From: Eledone cirrhosa
Taxonomy: Eukaryota
NCBI GenBank assembly: GCA_964016885.1
Contig: OZ024741.1
Location: 260,710,001-260,774,000 of the forward strand
DNA: 64,000 nucleotides
Direction: 5' to 3'
This document shows positions 41,501 through 56,300 of the stretch, one piece after another; position 1 is the stretch's first letter, and the number at the start of each line of letters is the position of its first letter. A model generated the notes under the pieces. That model had not been told where the DNA came from. It did not search any database and saw only the letters and a program-made list of their open reading frames with translations. A program made the position numbers and the translations under genes.

Positions 41501-44500
41501 CTTACAATTTATTCGACATACGAGTGTTTCGACTTACGGGTGTTTCGACTTACGGGTGTTTCGACTTACGAGTGTTTCGACTTATGAGTGTTTCGACTTA
41601 CGAGTGTTCTGACTTACGAGTGTTCTGACTAACGAGTGTTCCGACTTACGAGTGTTTCGGTTTACGAGTGATTCGACATACGAGTGTTTTGACTTACGGG
41701 TGATTCGACTTACGGGTGTTTCGACTTACGAGTGTTTCGGCTTACGAGTGTTTCGACTTACTAATGTTTTTACTTACGAGTGTTTCGGTGTACGAATGTT
41801 TCGACTTAAGGATGTTTCGACTTACGAGTGTTTCGACTTACGTGTGTTTCGGCTTACGTGAGTTTCGACTTAAGAGTGTTCTGATTTACGAGTGTTCTGA
41901 CTTGCGGGTGTTCTGATTTACGAGTGTTCCGACTTACGAGTGTTTCGGCTTATGAGTGTTTCGACTTACGAGTGTTTCGGCTTACGAGTGTTTCGACTTA
42001 TGGGTGTTTTGACTTACGAGTGTTTTTACTTACGGTGTTTCGGCTTACGAGTGTTTCGACATACGAGTGTTCAGACTTACGAGTGTTCCGACTTACGAGC
42101 GTTCCGACTTACGAGTGTTTCGACTTACGAGTGTTAAGACTTACGGGTGTTTTGACATACGAGTGTTTCGATACGAGTGTTCTGACTTACGAGTGTTCTG
42201 ACTTACGAGTGTTTTGACTTACGAGTGTTCTGACTTACGAGTGTTCCGACTTACGAGTGTTCCGACTTACGAGTGTTTCGGCTTACGAGTGTTTCAGGCT
42301 TACGAGTGTTTCGACTTACGAGTGTTTTGACTTACGGTGTTTCGGCTTACGAGTCATTCAACTTACGAGTGTTTTGACTTACGGGTGTTTTGACTTACGG
42401 GTGTGGTGAATTACGAGTGTTCCGATTTACGAGTGTTTTGAGTTACGGTGTTTCGGCTTACGAGTGATTCGACTTACGAATGTTTTGACTTACGGGTGTT
42501 TCGGCTTGCGAGTGTTTCGACTTACGAGTGTTTCGGCTTATGAGTGTTTCGACTTACTAATGTTTTTACTTACGAGTGTTCTGACTTACGAGGGTTCCGA
42601 CTTAAGAGTGTTCCGACTTACGAGTGTTTCGGCTTACGAGTGTTTCCGGCTTACGAGTGTTTCGACTTACGAGTGTTTCGACTTACGAGTGTTTTGACTT
42701 ACGGTGTTTCGACTTACGAGTGATTCGACTTACGAGTGTTTTGACTTACGGGTGTTTTGACTTACGGGTGTTGTGAATTACGAGTGTTCCGATTTACGAG
42801 TGTTTTGACTTACGGTGTTTCGGCTAACGAGTGATTCGACTTACGAATGTTTTGACTTACGGGTGTTTCGGCTTACGAGTGTTTCGACTTACGAGTGTTT
42901 CGGCTTGCGAGTGTTTCGAGTTACTAATGTTTTTACTTACGAGTTTTTCGGCGTACGAGTGTTTCGACTTACGAGTGTTTCGACTTACGGGTGTTTTGAC
43001 TTAAGGGTGTTTCGACTTACAAGTGTTTCGACTTACGAGTGTTTCGACTTACGAGTGTTCTGACTTACGAGTGTTCTGATTTACGGATGTTTAGACATAC
43101 GAGTGTTTCGACTTACGAGTGTTTCGACTTACGAGTGTTTTGACTTACGGGTGTTTTGACATACGAGTGTTTCGATACGAGTGTTTCGACTTACGAGTGT
43201 TTTGACTTACGGTGTTTCGGCTTACGAGTGATTCGAGTTACGAATGTTTTGACTTACGGGTGTTTCGGCTTGCGAGTGTTTCGACTTACGAGTGTTTCGG
43301 CTTATGGGTGTTTCGACTTACTAATGTTTTTACTTACGAGTGTTTCGGCGTACGAGTGTTTTGACTTACGAGTGTTTCGACTTACGAGTGTTTCGACTTA
43401 CGAGTGTTTCGGCTTACGTGAGTTTCGACTTAAGTGTGTTCTGATTTACGAGTGTTCTGACTTGCGGGTGTTCTGATTTACGAGTGTTCCGACTTACGAG
43501 TGTTTCGGCTTATGAGTGTTTCGACTTACGAGTGTTTCGGCTTACGAGTGTTTCGACTTATGGGTGTTTCGACTTACGAGTGTTTTTACTTACGGTGTTT
43601 CGGCTTACGAGTGTTTCGACATACGAGTGTTTTGACTTACGGGTGTTTCGACTTACGAGTGTTTTGACTTACGAATGTTTTGACTTACGGGTGTTTCGGC
43701 TTACGAGTGTTTCGACTTACGAGTGTTTCGGATTACGAGTGTTTCGACTTACTAATGTTCTCACTTACGAGTGTTTCGGCGTACGAGAGTTTTGACTTAC
43801 GAGTGTTTCGAATTACGAGTGTTTCGACTTACGAGTGTTTTGACTTACGAATGTTTTGACTTACGGGTGTTTCGGCTTACGAGTGTTTCGACTTACGAGT
43901 CTTTCGACTTACGAGTGTTTCGACTTACTAATGTTTTTACTTACGAGTGTTTCGGCGTACGAGTGTTTCGACTTACGAGTGTTTCGACTAACGGGTGTTT
44001 TGACTTACGGGTGTTTCGGCTTACGGGTGTTTTGACTTACGAGTGTTTTGACTTAAGGGTGTTTCGACTTACGAGTATTTTTGGCTTACGAGTGTTTCGA
44101 CTTACGAGTGTTTTGACTTACGAGTGTTCTGATTTACGGATGTTTCGACATACGAGTGTTTCGACTTACGAGTGTTTCGACTTATGAGTGTTTCGACTTA
44201 CGACTGTTTCGACTTACGAGTGTTTCGGCTTATGAGTGTTTCGACTTACGAGTGTTTCGACTTACGAGTGTTTTGACTTACGGGTGTTTTGACATACGAG
44301 TGTTTCGATACGAGTGTTCTGACTTACGAGTGTTTTGACTCACGAGTGTTCTGACTTACGAGTGTTCCGACTTACGAGTGTTCCGACTTATGAGTGTTTC
44401 GGCTTACGAGTGTTTCCGGCTTACGAGTGTTTCGACTTACGAGTGTTTTGACTTACGGTGTTTCGGCTTACGAGTGATTCGACTTACGAGTGTTTTGACT

Positions 44501-47500
44501 TACGGGTGTTTTGACTTACGGGTGTTGTGAATTACGAGTGTTCCGATTTACGAGTGTTTTGACTTACGGTGTTTCGGCTTACGAGTGATTCGACTTACGA
44601 ATGTTTTGACTTACGGGTGTTTCGGCTTGCGAGTGTTTCGACTTACGAGTGTTTCGGCTTACGAGTGTTTCGACTTACTAATTTTTTTACTTACGAGCGT
44701 TTCGGCGTACGAGAGTTTTGACTTACGAGTGTTTCGACTTACGGGTGTTTTGACTTACGGGTGTTTCGGCTTACGAGTGTTTCGACTTACGATTGTTTGG
44801 CTTACGAATGTTTCGACTTACGAGTGTTTCGACTTACGAGAGTTTTGACTTACGGTGTTTCGGCTTACGAGTGTTTCGACTTACGAGTGTTTTGACTTAC
44901 GGGTGTTTTGACATACGAGTGTTTCGATACGAGTGTTCTGACTTACGAGTGTTCTGACTTACGAGTGTTCTGACTTACGGGTGTTCTGACTTACGAGTGT
45001 TCCGACTTACGAGTGTTTCGGCTTATGAGGGTTTCGACTTAAGAGTGCTTCGGCTTACGAGTGTTTCGACTTACGAGTGTTTCGGCTTACGAGTGTTTCG
45101 ACTTACGAATGTTTTGGCTTACGAGTGTTTCGGCTTATGAGTGTTTCGACTTACGAGTGTTTCGACTTACGAGTGTTTCGACTTACGGTGTTTCGGCTTA
45201 CGAGTGTTTCGACATACGAGTGTTTTGACGTACGGGTGTTTCGACTTACGGGTGTTTCGACTTAAGAGTGTTTCGACTTACGAGCGCTTCGACTTACTAA
45301 TGTTTTTACTTACGAGTGTTTCGGCGTACGAGTGTTTCGACTTACGAGTGTTTCGACTTACGGGTGTTTTGACTTACGGGTGTTTCGGCTTACGAGTGTT
45401 TCGACTTACGATTGTTTGGCTTACGAATGTTTCGGCTTACGAGTGTTTCGACTTACGAGAGTTTTGACTTACGGTGTTTCGGCTTACGAGTGTTTCGACT
45501 TACGAGTGTTTTGACTTACGGGTGTTTTGACATACGAGTGTTTCGATACGAGTGTTCTGACTTACGAGTGTTCTGACTTACGAGTGTTCTGACTTACGGG
45601 TGTTCTGACTTACGAGTGTTCCGACTTACGAGTGTTTCGGCTTATGAGGGTTTCGACTTACGAGTGCTTCGGCTTACGAGTGTTTCGACTTACTAGTGTT
45701 TCGGCTTACGAGTGTTTCGACTTACGAATGTTTTGGCTTACGAGTGTTTCGGCTTACGAGTGTTTCGACTTACGAGTGTTTCGACTTACGAGTGTTTTGA
45801 CTTACGGTGTTTCGGCTTACGAGTGTTTCGACATACGAGTGCTTTGACGTACGGGTGTTTCGACTTACGGGTGTTTCGACTTAAGAGTGTTTCGACTTAC
45901 GAGCGCTTCGACTTACGAGTGTTTCGGCTTACGAGTGTTTCGGCGTATGAGTGTTTTGACTTACGAGTGTTTCGACTTACGAGTGTTTCGACTTACGAGT
46001 GTTTAGACTTACGAGTGTTTCGACTTACGAGTGTTTTGACTTACGAGTGTTTTGACTAACGGTGTTTCTGCTTACGAGTGTTTCGACTTACGAGTGTTAT
46101 GACTTACGGGTGTTTTGACATACGAGTGTTTCGATACGAGTGTTTCGACTTACGAGTGTTACGAGTGTTCTGACTTACGAGTGTTTCGACTTACGAGTGT
46201 TCTGACCTACGAGTGTTCTGACTTACGAGTGTTTCGACTTACGAGTGCTTTGACTTACGGGGGTTTCGACTTACGAGTGTTTCGAGTTACGAGTGTTTCG
46301 AGTTACGAGTGTTTCGACTTACGAGTGTTTTTACTTACGAATGTTCTGACTTACGGGTGTTTCGGCTTACGAGTGTTTCGACTTACGAGTGTTTTAACTT
46401 ACGGGTGTTTCTACTTACGCGTGTTTCGACTTGCAAGTGTTTCGACTTACGAGTGTTTCGACTTGCAAGTGTTTCGACTTACGAGTGTTTCGACTACGAA
46501 TGATCCGACTTACGAGTGTTTCGACTTACGAGTGTTTCGACTTACGAGTGTTCTGACTTACGGGTGTTCCGACTTACGAGTGTTTCGGCTTACGATTGTT
46601 TTGACTTACGATTGTTTTGGCTTACGAATGTTTCGACTTACGAGTGTTTCGGCTTACGAGTGTTTCGACCTACGAGTGTTTCGGCTTACGTGTGTTTTGA
46701 CGTACGAATGTTTTGGCTTACGCGTGTTTCGGCTTACGAGTGTTTCGAATTACGAGTGTTTCGACTTACGAGTGTTTTGACTTACGGTGTTTCGGCTTAC
46801 GAGTGTTTCGACTCACGAGAGTTTTAACTTACGGGTATTTCGACTTACGCGTGTTTCGACTTACGAATGTTCCGACTTACGAGTGTTTCGACTTACGAGT
46901 GTTTCGGCGTACGAGTGTTTCGACTTACGAGTGTTTTGACTTACGTGTGTTTCGGCTTACGAGTGTTCTGACTTACGAGTGTTCCGACTTACCAGCGTTC
47001 CGACTTACGAGTGTTTCGGCTTACGAGTGTTCCGACTTACGAGTGTTTCGACTTACGAGTGTTTTGACTTACGGTGTTTCGGCTTACGAGTGTTTTGACT
47101 TACGAGTGTTTTGACTTACGGGTGTTTTGACATACGAGTGTTTCGATACGAGTGTTCTGACTTACGAGTGTTCTGACTTACGAGCGTTCTGACTTACGAG
47201 TGTTCTGACTTACGAGTGTTCTGACTTACGGGTGTTCTTACTTACGAGTGTTCCGACTTACGAGTGTTTCAGCTTATGAGTGTTTCGACTTACGAGTGTT
47301 TCGACTTACGAGTGTTTTGACTTACGAGTGTTTTGACTAACGGTGTTTCTGCTTACGAGTGTTTCGACTTACGAGTGTTATGACTTACGGGTGTTTTGAC
47401 ATACGAGTGTTTCGATACGAGTGTTTCGACTTACGAGTGTTACGAGTGTTCTGACTTACGAGTGTTTCGACTTACGAGTGTTCTGACCTACGAGTGTTAT

Positions 47501-48496
47501 GACTTACGAGTGTTTCGACTTACGAGTGTTTTGACTTACGGGTGTTTCGACTTACGAGTGTTTCGAGTTACGAGTGTTTCGAGTTACGAGTGTTTCGACT
47601 TACGAGTGTTTTTACTTACGAATGTTCTGAATTACGGGTGTTTCGGCTTACGAGTGTTTCGACTTACGAGTGTTTTGACTTACGGGTGTTTTGACTTACG
47701 GGTGTTGTGAATTACGAGTGTTCCGATTTACGAGTGTTTTGACTTACGGTGTTTCGGCTAACGAGTGATTCGACTTACGAATGTTTTGACTTACGGGTGT
47801 TTCGGCTTACGAGTGTTTCGACTTACGAGTGTTTCGGCTTGCGAGTGTTTCGACTTACTAATGTTTTTACTTACGAGTTTTTCGGCGTACGAGTGTTTCG
47901 ACTTACGAGTGTTTCGACTTACGGGTGTTTTGACTTAATGGTGTTTCGACTTACAAGTGTTTCGACTTACGAGTGTTTCGACTTACGAGTGTTCTGACTT
48001 ACGAGTGTTCTGATTTACGGATGTTTCAACATACGAGTGTTTCGACTTAGGAGTGTTTCGACTTACGAGTGTTTTGACTTACGGGTGTTTTGACATACGA
48101 GTGTTTCGATACGAGTGTTTCGACTTACGAGTGTTCTGACTTACGAGTGTTCTGACTTACGAGTGTTCTGACTTACGAGTGTTCTGATTTACGAGTGTTC
48201 CGACTTACGAGTGTTTCGGCTTACGAGTGTTTCGGCTTACGAGTGTTTCGACTTACGAGTGTTTCGACTTACGAGTGTTCCGACTTACGGGTGTTTCGAC
48301 TTACGAGTGGTTTGGCTTACGGTGTTTCGGCTTACGAGTGTTTCGAGTTACGAGTGTTTTGACTTACGCGTGTTTTGACATACGAGTGTTTCGATACGAT
48401 TGTTCTGACTTACGAGTGTTCTGACTTACGAGTGTTCCGACTTTACGAGTGTTTCGGCTCACGAGTGTTTCGGCTTACGAGTGTTTCGACTTACGA

Positions 48497-48573
48497 AAAT
48501 AACAAATAGACGCGGTTTCAAATCTCTATGATTTTCAAATTCATTACTTTAATCTTTATTTATACGTTTCGCT
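48497..48573. repeat. 77-bp AT-rich element, copy 7 (one A>T substitution at 48548)
   Basis: CATTACTTTAATC in place of CATTACATTAATC; otherwise the same. Confidence 0.95.
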
Positions 48574-50901
48574 TTACGAGTGTTTCGACTTACGAGTGTT
48601 TCGACATACGAGTGTTTCGACTTCCGAATGTTTTTGCTTACGGGTGTTTCGACTTACGAATGTTTCGGCTTACGAGTGTTTCGGCTTACGAGTGTTCCGA
48701 CTTAGGAGTGTTTCGGCTTACGAGTGTTTCCGGCTTACGAGTGTTTCGACTTACGAGTGTTTCGACTTTCGAGTGTTTTGACTTACGGTGTTTCGGCTTA
48801 CGAGTGATTCGACTTACGAGTGTTTTGACTTACGGGTGTTTTGACTTACGGGTGTTGTGAATTACCAGTGTTCCGATTTACGAGTATTTTGACTTACGGT
48901 GATTCGGCTTGCGAGTGTTTCGACTCACGAGTGTTTCGGCTTATGAGTGTTTCGACTTACTAATGTTTTTACTTACGAGTGTTTCGGCGTTCGAGTGTTT
49001 TGCCTTACGAGTGTTTCGACTTAAGAGTGTTTTGACTTACGAATGTTTTGACTTACGGGTGTTTCGGCTTATGAGTGTTTCGACTTACGAGTGTTTCGAC
49101 TTACGAGTGTTTCGACTTACGAGTGTTCTGACTTACGAGTGTTCTGACTTACGAATGTTTCGACTTACGAGTGTTTCAGTTTACGAGTGTTTCGACATAC
49201 GAGTGTTTTGACTTACGGGTGTTTCGACTACGGGTGTTTCGAATTACGAGTGTTTCGACTTACTAATGTTTTTACTTACGAGTGTTTCGGTGTACGAATG
49301 TTTTGACTTAAGGATGTTTCGACTTACGAGTGTTTCGACTTACGAGTGTTTCGGCTTACGTGAGTTTCGACTTAAGAGTGTTCTGATTTACGAGTGTTCT
49401 GACTTGCGGGTGTTCTGATTTACGAGTGTTCCGACTTACGAGTGTTTCGGCTTATGAGTGTTTCGACTTACGAGTGTTTCGGCTTACGAGTGTTTCGACT
49501 TATGGGTGTTTCGACTTACGAGTGTTTTTACTTACGGTGTTTCGGCTTACGAGTGTTTCGACATACGAGTGTTTTGACTTACGGGTGTTTCGACTTACGA
49601 GTGTTTTGACTTACGAATGTTTTGACTTACGGGTGTTTCGGCTTACGAGTGTTTCGACTTACGAGTGTTTCGGCTTACGAGTGTTTCGACTTACGGGTGT
49701 TTCGGCTTATGAGTGTTTCGACTTACGAGTCTTTCGGCTTACGAGTGTTTCGACTTACTAATGTTTTTACTTACGACTGTTTCGGCGTACGAGTGTTTCG
49801 ACTTACGAGTGTTTCGACTTACGGGTGTTTTGACTTACGGGTGTTTCGGCTTACGAGTGTTTCGACTTACGATTGTTTGGCTTACGAATGTTTCGACTTA
49901 CGAGTGTTTCGACTTACGAGAGTTTTGACTTACGGTGTTTCGGCTTACGAGTGTTTCGACTTACGAGTGTTTTGACTTACGGGTGTTTTGACATACGAGT
50001 GTTTCGATACGAGTGTTCTGACTTACGAGTGTTCTGACTTACGAGTGTTTCGACTTACGAGTGTTTTGACTTACGGGTGTTTTGACATACGAGTGTTTCG
50101 ATACGAGTGTTCTGACTTACGAGTGTTCTGACTTACGAGTGTTCTGACTTACGGGTGTTCTGACTTACGAGTGTTCCGGCTTACGAGTGTTTCGGCTTAT
50201 GAGGGTTTCGACTTACGAGTGCTTCGGCTTACGAGTGTTTCGACTTACGAGTGTTTCGGATACGAGTGTTTCGACTTACGAATGTTTTGGCTTACGAGTG
50301 TTTCGGCTTACGAGTGTTTCGACTTACGAGTGTTTCGACTTACGAGTGTTTTGACTTACGGTGTTTCGGCTTACGAGTGTTTCGACATACGAGTGTTTTG
50401 ACGTACGGGTGTTTCGACTTACGGGTGTTTCGACTTAAGAGTGTTTCGACTTACGAGCGCTTCGACTTACGAGTGTTTCGGCTTACGAGTGTTTCGGCGT
50501 ATGAGTGTTTCGACTTACGAGTCTTTCGGCTTACGAGTGTTTCGACTTACTAATGTTTTTACTTACGAGTGTTTCGGCGTACGAGTGTTTCGACTTACGA
50601 GTGTTTCGACTTACGGGTGTTTTGACTTACGGGTGTTTCGGCTTACGAGTGTTTCGACTTACGATTGTTTGGCTTACGAATGTTTCGGCTTACGAGTGTT
50701 TCGACTTACGAGAGTTTTGACTTACGGTGTTTCGGCTTACGAGTGTTTCGACTTACGAGTGTTTTGACTTACGGGTGTTTTGACATACGAGTGTTTCGAT
50801 ACGAGTGTTCTGACTTACGAGTGTTCTGACTTACGAGTGTTCCGACTTTACGAGTGTTTCGGCTCACGAGTGTTTCGGCTTACGAGTGTTTCGACTTACG
50901 A

Positions 50902-50978
50902 AAATAACAAATAGACGCGGTTTCAAATCTCTATGATTTTCAAATTCATTACATTAATCTTTATTTATACGTTTCGCT
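50902..50978. repeat. 77-bp AT-rich element, copy 8
   Basis: Same sequence as 416-492; the right flank switches context after about 2 monomers. Confidence 0.95.
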
Positions 50979-51301
50979 TTACGAGTGTTTCGACTTACGA
51001 GTGTTTCGACTTACGGGTGTTTTGACTTACTGGTGTTTCGGCTTACGATTGTTTCGACTTACGATTGTTTGGCTTACGAATGTTTCGACTTACGAGTGTT
51101 TCGACTTACGAGAGTTTTGACTTACGGTGTTTCGGCTTACGAGTGTTTCGACTTACGAGTGTTTTGACTTACGGGTGTTTTGACATACGAGTGTTTCGAT
51201 ACGAGTGTTCTGACTTACGAGTGTTCTGACTTACGAGTGTTCCGACTTTACGAGTGTTTCGGCTCACGAGTGTTTCGGCTTACGAGTGTTTCGACTTACG
51301 A

Positions 51302-51378
51302 AAATAACAAATAGACGCGGTTTCAAATCTCTATGATTTTCAAATTCATTACATTAATCTTTATTTATACGTTTCGCT
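51302..51378. repeat. 77-bp AT-rich element, copy 9
   Basis: Same sequence as 416-492; only 400 bp after copy 8. Confidence 0.95.
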
Positions 51379-53309
51379 TTACGAGTGTTTCGACTTACGA
51401 GTGTTTCGACATACGAGTGTTTCGACTTCCGAATGTTTTTGCTTACGGGTGTTTCGACTTACGAATGTTTCGGCTTACGAGTGTTTCGGCTTACGAGTGT
51501 TCCGACTAGGAGTGTTTCGGCTTACGAGTGTTTCCGACTTACGAGTGTTTCGACTTACGAGTGTTTCGACTTTCGAGTGTTTTGACTTACGGTGTTTCGG
51601 CTTACGAGTGATTCGACTTACGAGTGTTTTGACTTACGGGTGTTTTGACTTACGGGTGTTGTGAATTACGAGTGTTCCGATTTACGAGTATTTTGGCTTA
51701 CGGTGTTTCGGCTTGCGAGTGTTTCGACTTACGAGTGTTTCGGCTTATGAGTGTTTCGACTTACTAATGTTTTTACTTACGAGTGTTTCGGCGTTCGAGT
51801 GTTTTGCCTTACGAGTGTTTCGACTTAAGAGTGTTTTGACTTACGAATGTTTTGACTTACGGGTGTTTCGGCTTATGAGTGTTTCGACTTACGAGTGTTT
51901 CGACTTATGAGTGTTTCGACTTACGAGTGTTCTGACTTACGAGTGTTCTGACTTACGAATGTTCCGACTTACGAGTGTTTCGGTTTACGAGTGTTTCGAC
52001 ATACGAGTGTTTTGACTTACGGGTGTTTCGACTTACGGGTGTTTCGAATTACGAGTGTTTCGGCTTACGAGTGTTTCGACTTACTAATGTTTTTACTTAC
52101 GAGTGTTTCGGTGTACGAATGTTTTGACTTAAGGATGTTTGGACTTACGAGTGTTTCGACTTACGAGTGTTTCGGCTTACGTGAGTTTCGACTTAAGAGT
52201 GTTCTGATTTACGAGTGTTCTGACTTGCGGGTGTTCTGATTTACGAGTGTTCCGACTTACGAGTGTTTCGGCTTATGAGTGTTTCGATTTACGAGTGTTT
52301 CGGCTTACGAGTGTTTCGACTTATGGGTGTTTCGACTTACGAGTGTTTTTACTTACGGTGTTTCGGCTTACGAGTGTTTCGACATACGAGTGTTTTGACT
52401 TACGGGTGTTTCGACTTACGAGTGTTTTGACTTACGAATGTTTTGACTTACGGGTGTTTCGGCTTACGAGTGTTTCGACTTACGAGTCTTTCGGCTTACG
52501 AGTGTTTCGACTTACTAATGTTTTTACTTACGAGTGTTTCGACTTACGAGTGTTTCGACTTACGAGTGTTTTGACTTACGAATGTTTTGACTTACGGGTG
52601 TTTCGGCTTATGAGTGTTTCGACTTACGAGTCTTTCGGCTTACGAGTGTTTCGACTTACTAATGTTTTTACTTACGAGTGTTTCGGCGTACGAGTGTTTC
52701 GACTTACGAGTGTTTCGACTTACGGGTGTTTTGACTTAAGGGTGTTTCGGCTTACGAGTGTTTCGACTTACGAGTGTTTTGACTTAAGGGTGTTTCGACT
52801 TACGAGTATTTTTGGCTTACGAGTGTTTCGACTTACGAGTGTTTTGACTTACGAATGTTTTGACTTACTAATGTTTCGGCGTACGAGTGTTTCGACTTAC
52901 GAGTGTTTCGACTTACGGGTGTTTTGACTTACGGGTGTTTCGGCTTACGAGTGTTTCGACTTACGATTGTTTGGCTTACGAATGTTTCGACTTACGAGTG
53001 TTTCGACTTACGAGAGTTTTGACTTACGGTGTTTCGGCTTACGAGTGTTTCGACTTACGAGTGTTTTGACTTACGGGTGTTTTGACATACGAGTGTTTCG
53101 ATACGAGTGTTCTGACTTACGAGTGTTCTGACTTACGAGTGTTCTGACTTATGGGTGTTCTGACTTACGAGTGTTCCGACTTACGAGTGTTTCGGCTTAT
53201 GAGGGTTTCGACTTACGAGTGCTTCGGCTTACGAGTGTTTCGACTTACGAGTGTTTCGGCTTACGAGTGTTTCGACTTACGAATGTTTTGGCTTACGAGT
53301 GTTTCGGCT

Positions 53310-56300
53310 TACGAGTGTTTCGACTTACGAGTGTTTCGACTTACGAGTGTTTTGACTTACGGTGTTTCGGCTTACGAGTGTTTCGACATACGAGTGTTTT
53401 GACGTACGGGTGTTTCGACTTACGGGTGTTTCGACTTAAGAGTGTTTCGACTTACGAGCGCTTCGACTTACGAGTGTTTCGGCTTACGAGTGTTTCGGCG
53501 TATGAGTGTTTCGACTTACGAGTCTTTCGGCTTACGAGTGTTTCGACTTACTAATGTTTTAACTTACGAGTGTTTCGGCGTACGAGTGTTTCGACTTACG
53601 AGTGTTTCGACTTACGGGTGTTTTGAGTTACGGGTGTTTCGGCTTACGAGTGTTTCGACTTACGATTGTTTGGCTTACGAATGTTTCGGCTTACGAGTGT
53701 TTCGACTTACGAGAGTTTTGACTTACGGTGTTTCGGCTTACGAGTGTTTCGACTTACGAGTGTTTTGACTTACGGGTGTTTTGACATACGAGTGTTTCGA
53801 TACGAGTGTTCTGACTTACGAGTGTTCTGACTTACGAGTGTTCTGACTTACGGGTGTTCTGACTTACGAGTGTTCCGACTTACGAGTGTTTCGGCTTATG
53901 AGGGTTTCGACTTACGAGTGCTTCGGCTTACGAGTGTTTCGACTTACGAGTGTTTCGGCTTACGAGTGTTTCGACTTACGAATGTTTTGGCTTACGAGTG
54001 TTTCGGCTTACGAGTGTTTCGACTTACGAGTGTTTCGACTTACGAGTGTTTTGACTTACGGTGTTTCGGCTTACGAGTGTTTCGACATACGAGTGTTTTG
54101 ACGTACGGGTGTTTCGACTTACGGGTGTTTCGACTTAAGAGTGTTTCGACTTACGAGCGCTTCGACTTACGAGTGTTTCGGCTTACGAGTGTTTCGGCGT
54201 ATGAGTGTTTTGACTTACGAGTGTTTCGACTTACGAGTGTTTCGACTTACGAGTGTTTCGACTTACGAGTGTTTCGACTTACGAGTGTTTTGACTTACGA
54301 GTGTTTTGACTAACGGTGTTTCTACTTACGAGTGTTTCGACTTACGAGTGTTATGACTTACGGGTGTTTTGACATACGAGTGTTTCGATACGAGTGTTTC
54401 GACTTACGAGTGTTACGAGTGTTCTGACTTACGAGTGTTTCGACTTACGAGTGTTCTGACCTACGAGTGTTCTGACTTACGAGTGTTTCGACTTACGAGT
54501 GTTTTGACTTACGGGGGTTTCGACTTACGAGTGTTTCGAGTTACGAGTGTTTCGAGTTACGAGTGTTTCGACTTACGAGTGTTTTTACTTACGAATGTTC
54601 TGACTTACGGGTGTTTCGGCTTACGAGTGTTTCGACTTACGAGTGTTTTAACTTACGGGTGTTTCTACTTACGCGTGTTTCGACTTGCAAGTGTTTCGAC
54701 TTACGAGTGTTTCGACTTGCAAGTGTTTCGACTTACGAGTGTTTCGACTACGAATGATCCGACTTACGAGTGTTTCGACTTACGAGTGTTTCGACTTACG
54801 AGTGTTCTGACTTACGGGTGTTCCGACTTACGAGTGTTTCGGCTTACGATTGTTTTGACTTACGATTGTTTTGGCTTACGAATGTTTCGACTTACGAGTG
54901 TTTCGACTTACGAGTGTTTTGACTTACGAGTGTTTTGTCTTACGGGTGTTTTGACATACGAGTGTTTCGATACGAGTGTTCTGACTTACGAGTGTTCTGA
55001 CTTACGAGTGTTCTGACTTACGAGTGTTCTGACTTACGGGTGTTCTGACTTACGAGTGTTCCGACTTACGAGTGATTCGGCTTATGAGGGTTTCGACTTA
55101 CGAGTGCTTCGGCTTACGAGTGTTTCGACCTACGAGTGTTTCGGCTTACGAGTGTTTTGACTTACGAATGTTTTGGCTTACGCGTGTTTCGGCTTACGAG
55201 TGTTTCGAATTACGAATGTTTCGACTTACGAGTGTTTTGACTTACGGTGTTTCGGCTTACGAGTGTTTCGACTCACGAGAGTTTTAACTTACGGGTGTTT
55301 CGACTCACGCGTGTTTCGACTTACGAATGTTCCGACTTACGAGTGTTTCGACTTACAAGTGTTTCGGCGTACGAGTGTTTCGACTTACGAGTGTTTTGAC
55401 TTACGTGTGTTTCGGCTTACGAGTGTTTTGACTTACGAGTGTTTTGACTTACGAGTGTTTTGACTTACGGGTGTTTTGACATACGAGTGTTTCGATACGA
55501 GTGTTCTGACTTACGAGTGTTCTGACTTACGAGCGTTCTGACTTACGAGTGTTCTGACTTACGAGTGGTCTGACTTACGGGTGTTCTTACTTACGAGTGT
55601 TCCGACTTACGAGTGTTTCAGCTTATGAGTGTTTTTACTTACGAGTGTTTCGGTGTACGAGTGTTTCGACTTAAGGATGTTTCGACTTACGAGTGTTTCG
55701 ACTTACGTGTGTTTCGGCTTACGTGAGTTTCGACTTAAGAGTGTTCTGATTTACGAGTGTTCTGACTTGCGGGTGTTCTGATTTACGAGTGTTCCGAATT
55801 ACGAGTGTTTCGGCTTATGAGTGTTTCGACTTACGAGTGTTTCGGCTTACGAGTGTTTCGACTTATGGGTGTTTTGACTTACGAGTGTTTTTACTTACGG
55901 TGTTTCGGCTTACGAGTGTTTCGACATACGAGTGTTCAGACTTACGAGTGTTCCGACTTACGAGCGTTCCGACTTACGAGTGTTTCGACTTACGAGTGTT
56001 AAGACTTACGGGTGTTTTGACATACGAGTGTTTCGATACGAGTGTTCTGACTTACGAGTGTTCTGACTTACGAGTGTTTTGACTTACGAGTGTTCTGACT
56101 TACGAATGTTCCGACTTACGAGTGTTCCGACTTACGAGTGTTTCGGCTTACGAGTGTTTCCGGCTTACGAGTGTTTCGACTTACGAGTGTTTTGACTTAC
56201 GGTGTTTCGGCTTACGAGTCATTCAACTTACGAGTGTTTTGACTTACGGGTGTTTTGACTTACGGGTGTGGTGAATTACGAGTGTTCCGATTTACGAGTG

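Larger units (their letters stand above)
26898..51010 (+). repeat. About 12-kb diverged tandem duplication (about 26898-38700 / 38701-51010)
   Basis: Offsets drift along the block: 11803 (27187/38990), 11771 (28385/40156), 11915 (30009/41924), 12343 (33289/45632), 12456 (36072/48528), 12440 (36986/49426). Confidence 0.85.
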
